Assembly: GCA_046761065.1 (NCBI GenBank)
Contig: JBHIFL010000094.1
Span: 1-14,040 of the forward strand
Source: Candidatus Heimdallarchaeota archaeon
GTDB taxonomy: Archaea > Asgardarchaeota > Wukongarchaeia > Wukongarchaeales > JBHIFL01
Direction of reading: 5' to 3'
DNA: 14,040 nucleotides
The notes under the pieces were generated by a model. The model made no database searches and was not told where the DNA came from. It worked only from the letters and a program-made list of their open reading frames with translations. A program made the position numbers and the translations under genes. Positions 7,052-14,040 of this stretch are shown one piece after another. Positions within the stretch are counted from its first letter, which is position 1, and each line of letters begins with the position of its first letter.

Positions 7052-8353
7052 TTGAATAATCAACGAAAAAACCTCGCCGAATTTGAAGATTTTATCAAGC
7101 GTTTCCGTCTAGTTCCCCCGAAAAAAACCCGATTTTATGTTTATTGGGTAGAGCGGTTTATTAAATATTATAAATTCAGGTCTTCCAAACCATTAAAACA
7201 AACCATTGCTGCTTACCTTGAGACTATGGAAACGGATTCACGTTTTGCCGAATGGCAAGTCAAACAGGCGGCGGATGCCATTCTGTTATATGCTGAAAAA
7301 TATCTCAAATCAGATAAAAGACCTCTTGCCCTTTCGATAAATTATCCAGTTGATTTGAAAAAAGATGTTTCGGACAAGATATTCAACAAGACAAGCTGGA
7401 AAGGAATCTTAGATAAATTGCATGAAAGTTTACGGCTTCGACATTATTCCCCCAGGACGGAAAAATCTTATCGCATTTGGATCAATAAATTCCGGAATTA
7501 CGTAAACGATCGCGATCCCCTATTGCTTGAGGGGAAGGAAGTAAAAGACTTCTTGACCCATATCGCTCTCCATGATCGAGTTTCGGCTTCCACACAAAAC
7601 CAGGCTTTTAATGCTCTATTGTATCTTTTCCGGAATATTTTACAGAAAGACTTGAGCAATCTGAAAGATACTATAAGGGCACGGCGGAGGAGAAAATTAC
7701 CGGTTGTTTTGACTCGAGAAGAGGTCCAGCAGCTGTTTTCCTTTCTCGAGAGTCCCTATATTCTTATGGCTCAACTGCTTTACGGAAGCGGTCTCCGCCT
7801 GCTTGAATGCATCCGCTTGAGAGTCAAGGATATCGATTTCGCCAATAATGTATTGATCATCCGGGCAGGAAAAGGCGAGAAAGATAGAACCACCATACTC
7901 GCGGATAAAATCAAGGAATCTCTGAAATCACATTTGCATAGAATTAAGAGACTTCACCGCGAAGATTTAGCGGAAAGATACAACGTCACAACGCTTCCAG
8001 ATGCTCTGGAGAAAAAATATCCGAATGCCAACAAAGAATGGGCCTGGCAATGGGTATTTCCCTCGAAAAGCCTAGTGCTCCATCCCAAGAATGGAAAGGT
8101 CTTGCGTCATCATATTCAACCAAGCACCCTTCAGAGAAAGATCAAGGAAGCCGTAAGAAAATCTGATATTTCCAAACCGGCAAGCTGTCACACGCTCCGG
8201 CACAGTTTCGCTACGCATCTTTTGGAAGCAGGGCACAATATCCGAACAATTCAGGAGCTCATGGGACATAAAAACGTGAACACCACAATGATATACACTC
8301 ATGTTGTTCGAAAGAGCTATTCAGACATTTCCAGTCCTTTGGACAAGCTGTAG
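7052..8353 (+). CDS. intI: Integron integrase, long form with N-terminal extension
   Basis: Tyrosine recombinase motifs YGSGLR, GKGEKDR, HTLRHSFATHLL, LMGH and TTMIYTHV, plus the integron-specific insert LPDALEKKYPNANKEWAWQWVFPS. TTG start after GGAG. Confidence 0.97.
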   Translation: MNNQRKNLAEFEDFIKRFRLVPPKKTRFYVYWVERFIKYYKFRSSKPLKQTIAAYLETMETDSRFAEWQVKQAADAILLYAEKYLKSDKRPLALSINYPVDLKKDVSDKIFNKTSWKGILDKLHESLRLRHYSPRTEKSYRIWINKFRNYVNDRDPLLLEGKEVKDFLTHIALHDRVSASTQNQAFNALLYLFRNILQKDLSNLKDTIRARRRRKLPVVLTREEVQQLFSFLESPYILMAQLLYGSGLRLLECIRLRVKDIDFANNVLIIRAGKGEKDRTTILADKIKESLKSHLHRIKRLHREDLAERYNVTTLPDALEKKYPNANKEWAWQWVFPSKSLVLHPKNGKVLRHHIQPSTLQRKIKEAVRKSDISKPASCHTLRHSFATHLLEAGHNIRTIQELMGHKNVNTTMIYTHVVRKSYSDISSPLDKL

Positions 8354-8483
8354 AGAAGGGATAGAACTTAACTCAAGAAAAACTGTTCCTATTAATTTCC
8401 CAGGCTATAGTCTTTTGCGATAAAATAAAAAAAGTGATTTCTTCTACAAATTCTATGGCAGGCGATGATGGATATTAAAGGAG

Positions 8484-8629
8484 TCGAATATACGACTTGC
8501 AATCTAATATGGATAATATTAAGATAATACGGCAATTATGCGGGGATATTCGATGAAACCATTTAATATACGACGTTAATTGAGGGCAGTTTGTATCAAA
8601 TACAGCATATTGTATATTAATAGTTGGGC
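8484..8629 (+). repeat. attI-right / Pc region (copy 2, downstream of intI)
   Basis: Inverted copy of 6879-7020. Similarity stops right after ...ATTAATAGTT, where a cassette begins (GTTGGGCGGCAT). Confidence 0.88.
8497..8525 (+). promoter_or_regulatory. Pc-like promoter for the right array
   Basis: TTGCAA-17 nt-TAAGAT, identical to the left copy. Confidence 0.65.
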
Positions 8630-8642
8630 GGCATAGGTTATC

Positions 8643-9263
8643 GTGGAAGAGCACATGAGTACAGGCAACATGGGTCTGTTGATTCTCCGCGCATTGTCGC
8701 GGGCGCGCATTCCGATCTTGACGGTCGGCTTGACCTATCTCGTCACAGTTGTGATTGGAATCGTGATGGCGCATGCGGGGAATGAGTTTGCTCTGTCCCA
8801 TAGGGACAGCGTTGTAGCCAAGGCACAGGGGAGTCCCATCGTAATAGCCCTCCGCGAAGGTAACGGGCTGCGTGCTGCTCTGCTTGACTTCGGTGGCAAT
8901 CTCGTTGGCGCTCTCGCAAATACCCTCGGCGGATTAGGTGTTATCGTCCCATATCCTGTAGTAGCGTATCGTGGCTGGATCGGCGGTATCGTTTCAGTGG
9001 ATGGTGCTCATGTGAGCCGATTGATGAATCCCGGTGAGGCCGTGTACTATATCTTCACCTTGATTCTCCAACTCATTCCCTACTCGTTGGCTGGCGGAGC
9101 GGGGGTGAACTTGGGGGTGGCATATTTCCGTCCACGAGTCTTCTATCAAGGCGAGAAATGGCTAGGATTGCCAAAGGAAGCGATTCGGGATGTGCTTAGG
9201 ATTTATCTGCTCGTAGTGCCGCTGTTTCTCGTTGCCGCCCTGTGGGAGTTTCTTGCACGGTAA
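8643..9263 (+). CDS. SpoIIM/DUF95-like integral membrane protein, first cassette of the right array
   Basis: Several hydrophobic helices, YRGWIGGIV, LQLIPYSLAGGAG, C-terminal PLFLVAALWEF; between attI-right and attC. Start may be ATG 8655. Confidence 0.75.
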   Translation: MEEHMSTGNMGLLILRALSRARIPILTVGLTYLVTVVIGIVMAHAGNEFALSHRDSVVAKAQGSPIVIALREGNGLRAALLDFGGNLVGALANTLGGLGVIVPYPVVAYRGWIGGIVSVDGAHVSRLMNPGEAVYYIFTLILQLIPYSLAGGAGVNLGVAYFRPRVFYQGEKWLGLPKEAIRDVLRIYLLVVPLFLVAALWEFLAR

Positions 9264-9302
9264 CTTGGACTGCAGCCGAGACCACATTTGGAACGAAATG
9301 CC

Positions 9303-9372
9303 GCCCAACACGCGCTTGCAGCCGACCCTGCTCCGCTGCGCTCCGCAGGGCGGCTAAAGCGCCCCGTTAACC
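9303..9372 (+). other. attC site (plus polarity)
   Basis: GCCCAAC-ACGCGCTTGCAGCCGACCCTGC...GCAGGGCGGCTAAAGCGCCCC-GTTAACC. ATGCCGCCCAAC (9298-9309) is the perfect 12-nt complement of GTTGGGCGGCAT (8623-8634). Confidence 0.93.
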
Positions 9373-9391
9373 GGCCCTGTTCCCTCACTGC

Positions 9392-9640
9392 TCAACACAG
9401 CTCGAAAAACGAGTCGGTGCCAAGATGCGGAATCATGTCCCCTGCCAATCCTTCAAGCCGGCCGGTCGGGCCGATGTCGATCCAGTCCTCAATGCTCCCA
9501 AGGTAACACATGCGTTCTGCTCTGTACATCCGCGTTTCCTTATCGTGAAGAAAGAACCGCAGAATAGGCGCAAACTGGCCACGTGAATAATACGTTTCTC
9601 GAAACTTGTGATAAGGAGCCGTAGAACCTAAGCGGTCCGG
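9392..9640 (-). pseudogene. 3' remnant of a hypothetical gene (not in the ORF track)
   Basis: Hand translation ...RGQFAPILRFFLHDKETRMYRAERMCYLGSIEDWIDIGPTGRLEGLAGDMIPHLGTDSFFELC*; protein-like, no upstream start before an in-frame TAG near 9700. Confidence 0.6.
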
Positions 9641-9722
9641 GGGCAGTTCTTGACATTCGAACTGACCACTGGAGTTGCTTCTTTTGGCCTTGGCAGCCTA
9701 TCTATGAGTCTGTCGTTTTTGC

Positions 9723-9947
9723 ATGAGAGATGAAATGAAATCCGTCACAGTCCATAATTATTCGAAAGACAAGTACTATCCTCGCGTGGTCCAGGCGATT
9801 GCAAGTATCCTGACCCGCTCTGACGTAGTCACGCCTGTTGATGTGTTAAGGGAAATGGGGAACCTTACGAAGAAGAATCACGATTCCTGGCATAAGGGGC
9901 AGGTTCCGTATCTTGTATGTATGGAACCAATCCCCAGAAAAAAATGA
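9723..9947 (+). pseudogene. Probable N-terminal fragment of a hypothetical protein
   Basis: DKYYPRVVQAIASIL..DVVTPVDVL..MGNL.....W.KGQVPYL looks like a real coding start that breaks off after VPYL (family recollection, unverified). Confidence 0.5.
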
Positions 9948-9997
9948 AAGATGATTGATCGAGCTATCCCGAACCACAGGCTGGAGTAGGATGCTCG

Positions 9998-10192
9998 TTA
10001 CACATGCACTTCTTTAAGAAATTCGAGAGCATCATCAATATTTTCCAATTGAAAATAGGCATAACCAATCTTCTTCCGAACATCTTTCACCCCAGGATTT
10101 TGGGAGAGGATTTTCTGAAAATGAGCAATCGCTGACCCATATTCCATCATATCCAACAGCATATCTGCCTGCTTCATTATGGTTTTTTTCAC
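9998..10192 (-). pseudogene. Short TPR-repeat ORF, probably truncated
   Basis: AIAHFQKILSQNP...IGYAYFQLENIDDALEFL is a TPR pattern; only ~1.5 repeats before the stop. Confidence 0.6.
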
Positions 10193-10247
10193 TCTTTTTC
10201 TCTTTTTTAAATTATATCATAATGAAAGTGCCTTAAAAATTTTACGT

Positions 10248-10263
10248 AGCAAATAGTATGCCA
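10248..10263 (-). promoter_or_regulatory. Sigma54 (-24/-12) promoter-like motif
   Basis: Minus strand TGGCATACTATTTGCT fits TGGCACG-N4-TTGCW spacing; ~55 nt upstream of the TPR ORF. Confidence 0.5.
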
Positions 10264-10644
10264 AAATGATATTGAGGTAATCTCTGCATTTTTGGATGAA
10301 AAATCGTCATTAGGGAGGACACTTGTATATTAATATAGACACTTAATTGAGAAGGAACTCGCCTTTACTGCGGAAAATCGAATAATTATAAAAATCCCCT
10401 TATTTAATTAACGTTTTTACCCCCTAAAAACGCTCATTTAAGCAAAATAGTAAGGGGAGGACTGAAGCTAACTTATTGAAAATAAAATAGATACCTAGGC
10501 CCGACCCTTTATGGCGATTTCCACTGTGACCGGGTTTTCTCCTCTTTTCTTTATTGCTAGACTTTGTCCCAAAGTGACTGGATTTTGAATCTCAACCAAA
10601 CTGTCACCCGCAATTACTTTTATTCTGTCAGAGGGAAAAATTAG

Positions 10645-10673
10645 TTGACTTCAGACAGCCTATTTCTTAAAAT
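10645..10673 (+). promoter_or_regulatory. Sigma70-type promoter
   Basis: TTGACT-17 nt-TAAAAT upstream of the 10855 gene. Confidence 0.55.
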
Positions 10674-10854
10674 TTATATTTTTTCTATAGAAATACTAAA
10701 TTTATATTGACTTGAGTGTGTTGAAAATAATATTCTCATTTCAAATCGTGAACTCGAGGAAAATGGGGAAAATTGTGAGGAATTCTTAGTAATCCCCAAA
10801 ACGAACTTCCTGCATAATCCTCAATATCAATAAGAACCGAGAAAGGAGGACATC

Positions 10855-12140
10855 ATGAAAAGCAGTCTGAGATTTCTGGGGGCGTTAATGTTAACTGCTT
10901 TGCTTACAATATTTTTAATAGTATGTGAAGGCGGTAGTAACGGTGGAAATGGAGGAGGTGACTCGGAAAGATTACTTAACTCTTTTACTCAAGGTTCTAG
11001 CGGTTATTATTACAACCCACCAACTTTGGTTGGTAATTACATCTATATTGGCACCTCTCGTCAGCTTAATAATGATCCTGCCAATGATAATTATTTTTTC
11101 AAACTTGACCTTAATTTAAATAAAATCTGGGAATATTCACTGGAGAGAAAAGAGGTCAGAGGTGGTGCAACACTTGATAGTGCCGGAAATATTTATTTTG
11201 TTGTTGAAGAAGGAAGAAATAAAGGAGATACCTCCAATTCAACACTGCATCTGTATTCCTTAGATAGTAACGGCAATTTTAGATAGTCTAATGTCATATT
11301 TTCTCCTCCTCTTGTTCCTACACTAGGGATGTCAAATCCTGCCATAGCCACGGATGACGCCTTTATGTGGGCGGTGATAAATTTTATACATTTGACATCC
11401 AGGGAAATGTATTATGGATATTATGGACCTATGGAGATACTATGTCCATTATGAATGCTCCCATAATTGATCCTGATGGGAATATCTACTTCAGTGCTAA
11501 TGGGTCTGTTATTTCCCTGGACAAAAATGGGACAGAAAGATGGAATTTTCCTACTTCTGGAGAATATTTCTCCAGCCCAGCATTTTCGGTAGATTATTCA
11601 AAAATTTTCGTTGGAGTAGAAGATAAAGTATATTGTCTTGAGGCAAGCACAGGAAATAAAGTCTGGGAATTTACCCCTATTGGAATGTTCGGCACCTTTC
11701 GTGCTACTCCTGCTGTTGATGGAAACGATAATGTGTACATTGGAACAAAAGCCGACAATAATAGTGTATTCTATGTAATCAGAGCAGATGGTTCTGGTCT
11801 TTTATGGAAGAATGAGATTGGCGCTGATCTTTATTCGTCTCCAGCATTGGGAGACGATAAGACAGTTTATGTGGGCTCTGAATCATCGGGCGGCAGCGGT
11901 ATACGTCTTCATGCCCTTGATATGGTAACAGGAAATACAAAGTGGTCATACTCTCTTGATACAGATGTTGTGTGGAGTTCTCCTGTATTATCAAGTAACG
12001 GGACTTTATACATAGCCACCATGGATACATATGATGTGGGTAAGGTTTATGCGTTTAAGACTGATTCTACTGGACTATTGCCTAATGCTGGGTCACCACG
12101 TTTTCATGAAGGAAATGCCAGTACAGGAAGGAGAGAATAA
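10855..12140 (+). pseudogene. PQQ-like/BamB-type beta-propeller lipoprotein, disrupted
   Basis: AAAGGAG RBS, signal peptide ending in Cys, repeated SSPA..D..VYVG and G..KW motifs across both ORFs. TAG at 11284-11286 sits where Trp is expected (GNFR*S), and a 1-nt frameshift at ~11362 joins ...NPAIATDDA to YVGGDKFY. Confidence 0.85.
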
Positions 12141-12336
12141 CCTGAAGAATTCAAAAACTCTAAAAAATATCAAAATCATGATGGGGGATGATATGGTGCT
12201 TGAGAAGAAAGAAAAGGAAGTTTTCGAGATGCCTCCCTTGACTGCCAGAAAAATTCCTTTTCAGTTCGAAATAGTGGAGCCTGTTAAAGAAAAAGTTGGA
12301 CGATTTCATATCTGTTATCTGCTGTAAAAGCTCACT

Positions 12337-12462
12337 GAGAGTCTTAAAAAAATGAACCCATAATCGATGACCCAGAAGATTTAGAAGGAAAATTAAGTAT
12401 TCAACTCGCCTAAATTACTCTCTCTTACGTCCAAGAAGGTCATTAAGATTTTAGAGAAACAT
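12337..12462 (+). pseudogene. hicB 3' / hicA 5' remnant
   Basis: ESLKK/NEPIIDDPEDLEGKLSIQLA* overlapping PKLLSLTSKKVIKILEKH, typical of a HicB tail and HicA start; start codon lost. Confidence 0.55.
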
Positions 12463-12471
12463 CCTTATCAA

Positions 12472-12500
12472 TTGAATTTCTTAAGCTCATATAATATTAT
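12472..12500 (+). promoter_or_regulatory. Sigma70-type promoter for the MNT-HEPN pair
   Basis: TTGAAT-17 nt-TATTAT, 11 nt before ATG 12512. Confidence 0.45.
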
Positions 12501-12511
12501 ATCTATGAGTT

Positions 12512-12868
12512 ATGGAGATCCAATTTTCAACACACCTGCTTGATAAGGCATTAGAAAAAAAGAAATCCCAAAGAGAAAAACTCAGGTTAAAGACTATAAA
12601 AAAAATTAACCATGTCTTAAACAAGCTTTCCCATGATATTCAGTTTAAAGAAGTCTATATCTTTGGCTCATTGACAAAACCTCACAGGTTCTCAAAAAAT
12701 TCAGACATAGATATGGGATTTATCGGGCTTAGAGATGAAGATTTTTTTAAAGCTCTTGCTTTTCTTTTAAGGGAATTGGAATTTGAAGTTGATATAATAC
12801 AGCTTGAAAGGCATAGATTCAGAGATAAAATAATGAGGGAAAGTATAAAATGGACCAAAAAAGACTGA
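12512..12868 (+). CDS. Minimal nucleotidyltransferase (MNT) antitoxin
   Basis: VYIFGSL....F...SDID (GSx10DxD) and EVDII; overlaps the HEPN gene. Confidence 0.9.
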   Translation: MEIQFSTHLLDKALEKKKSQREKLRLKTIKKINHVLNKLSHDIQFKEVYIFGSLTKPHRFSKNSDIDMGFIGLRDEDFFKALAFLLRELEFEVDIIQLERHRFRDKIMRESIKWTKKD

Positions 12869-13311
12869 ATCTATTACAAGGAGATATACAGGCCCAAATT
12901 AGAGAAATAGAGAAGATCTATGTCAGAATTGGAGAAAGAAAGAACAAAAAGGGCATCGCAAATCTTGAAAGTCTCGGTTATCAGCTCCACAATCTTTATT
13001 GTGCTTTTGAAGATCTTTTCAAAATAGTGGCTGATTATTTTGAAAACAATATAGAAGAAAAGAAAAAATATCATCGGGAACTCCTAGTGCGCATGACCGT
13101 ATCCATCGAAGGAATAAGGCCCGCTTTACTATCCGAAGAATCACATAAACTTCTTGATTCTCTGAGAGCCTTCAGGCATTTTTTTCGCCATGCCTATACC
13201 TATGAACTCGAGCCGAAAAAAGTCAAAATTGTCCTGGAAGATTCCCTCAGACTCAAACCAATTTACCCCAGGGATATCAAATCTTTTTTACATAAACTTG
13301 GTGTTTCCTAA
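12850..13311 (+). CDS. HEPN (HepT-like) ribonuclease toxin
   Basis: LHNLYCAFEDLFKIVA, YHRELL and LRAFRHFFRHAY (Rx4H). Confidence 0.9.
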   Translation: MDQKRLNLLQGDIQAQIREIEKIYVRIGERKNKKGIANLESLGYQLHNLYCAFEDLFKIVADYFENNIEEKKKYHRELLVRMTVSIEGIRPALLSEESHKLLDSLRAFRHFFRHAYTYELEPKKVKIVLEDSLRLKPIYPRDIKSFLHKLGVS

Positions 13312-13509
13312 ACCTGCCTTCTTTTAAGGAGATAGTAGAACGCTATTCTGCTTTCCCCGATGTCCTGCTTGCCCAGAAGTTTGCTAGGGAGGTCTTCTCT
13401 CTTCTCCAATCTTAATCTTTCCCCCGAAAGCTCCTTCTCCACTCTCTTTCTCCTTTACCCATACATGAAGGGAAAACTTTTTTTTCACCGTAGGGAACTT
13501 CTCTCTGAC

Positions 13510-13656
13510 TTCAACGGAAAGGTCACTCCAAAAACAGATTGGCTGGATTCTGCTCTAGGGACGTTCTGCCTTCATCACGATTTTCCTCTGTTACATGATG
13601 ATCAAGACTTTGTTCCCCTTGAAAAACACCTAAAACTGAGAACTGTACAGGTCTAG
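13510..13656 (+). pseudogene. VapC/PIN toxin C-terminal remnant
   Basis: D..LGTFCLHHDFPLLHDDQDFVPLEKHLKL matches the PIN C-terminal pattern; the upstream part of the track ORF is not PIN-like. Confidence 0.6.
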
Positions 13657-13847
13657 CCAATCACTTCACCTGACCACCAATCCGTTGTATGGCATGGTAG
13701 CGAGCGAGTTTTATCGATAGGAATCCGCTTCGATAAGGATTTTAAGTCTTACCCGTCTAGAAATTCTTCGAATTTCATAAAAATATTCGCCGCTTCTTCC
13801 GGCGGCCATCAAGGTTTCCTGATAGGCCATGTCGGGAGTCATAAGAT

Positions 13848-13946
13848 AAAGCCTCGATTATAATAGTCTTTGCCCCTAAGATAATAGTGATATGCCTCTA
13901 AATTTGCGGTTGGCACGGACTCTACAGTTTGGTGCTCTGGCTTCGG
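13848..13946 (-). pseudogene. Isolated fragment of a TPR-containing (kinase/cyclase-associated type) protein
   Basis: Hand translation PEHQTVESVPTANLEAYHYYLRGKDYYNRGF. Confidence 0.45.
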
Positions 13947-13985
13947 GTTTTTCCTCTCGAAGAATTCGGTGAAATTATCTGGGCT

Positions 13986-14040
13986 TCAGCTCTGTTTTCT
14001 GTGCCATTCCCAGGCAGTGGAGATGATGGTTTCTATATCC
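13986..14040 (-). CDS. galE: 3' end of UDP-glucose 4-epimerase (partial, continues beyond the window)
   Basis: DIETIISTAWEWHRKQS* is the characteristic GalE C-terminus; only 17 codons visible. Confidence 0.65.
   Translation of the reverse strand, partial: DIETIISTAWEWHRKQS

Noticed and set aside
8475-9506. ORFs 8475-8801 (-), 9203-9388 (-), 9288-9506 (+)
   Set aside because: They span attI or attC sites or are antisense to better supported genes.
9639-10507. GGGGGCAGTTCTTGACATT (9639-9657) and AGGCCCGACCC (10497-10507) as REP-like element ends
   Set aside because: Only a loose resemblance, with no associated transposase or clear pairing.
5233-11286. Amber recoding (pyrrolysine or alternative code) suggested by two in-frame TAGs
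   Set aside because: The TAG at 11284 replaces an expected Trp in a gene that also has a frameshift, and TAG is the normal stop for intI, the toxin and the transposase.
12031-12327. 98-aa ORF, or a shorter MVLEKKEKE... ORF
   Set aside because: Overlaps the propeller gene end and has no recognisable motif; a small gene remnant cannot be excluded.
13360-13656. 98-aa ORF as an intact gene
   Set aside because: Only the last ~45 codons look PIN-like; the rest is low-complexity pyrimidine-rich sequence.

Overview
An integron locus with unusual two-sided architecture. The integron integrase gene (intI, 7052-8353 +) lies between two inverted ~142-bp copies of an attI + Pc-like region (6879-7020 and 8484-8625). 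Each copy has a gene cassette inserted at its GTT, so cassette arrays run outward on both sides of intI. A third site at 4353-4396 is a palindromic back-to-back double attI core. It matches (35/36 nt) the junction expected if the intI module were removed, and it also has a cassette starting on each side. Five attC sites are visible, and two are fused tail-to-tail to the end of an oppositely oriented gene. Cassette cargo: PD-(D/E)XK nuclease-like protein, FRG-domain protein (internal amber stop), RelE/ParE-type TA pair, an uncharacterised two-gene pair, a HEPN/DUF4145-like protein, a SpoIIM-like membrane protein, and a lipoprotein truncated by an IS256-family element (1-1641). Right of the integron is a decayed accessory region (gene fragments, a beta-propeller lipoprotein pseudogene, hicBA and vapC remnants, an intact MNT-HEPN pair) ending at the 3' end of a galE-like gene. 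All calls are by eye; no database searches were run.
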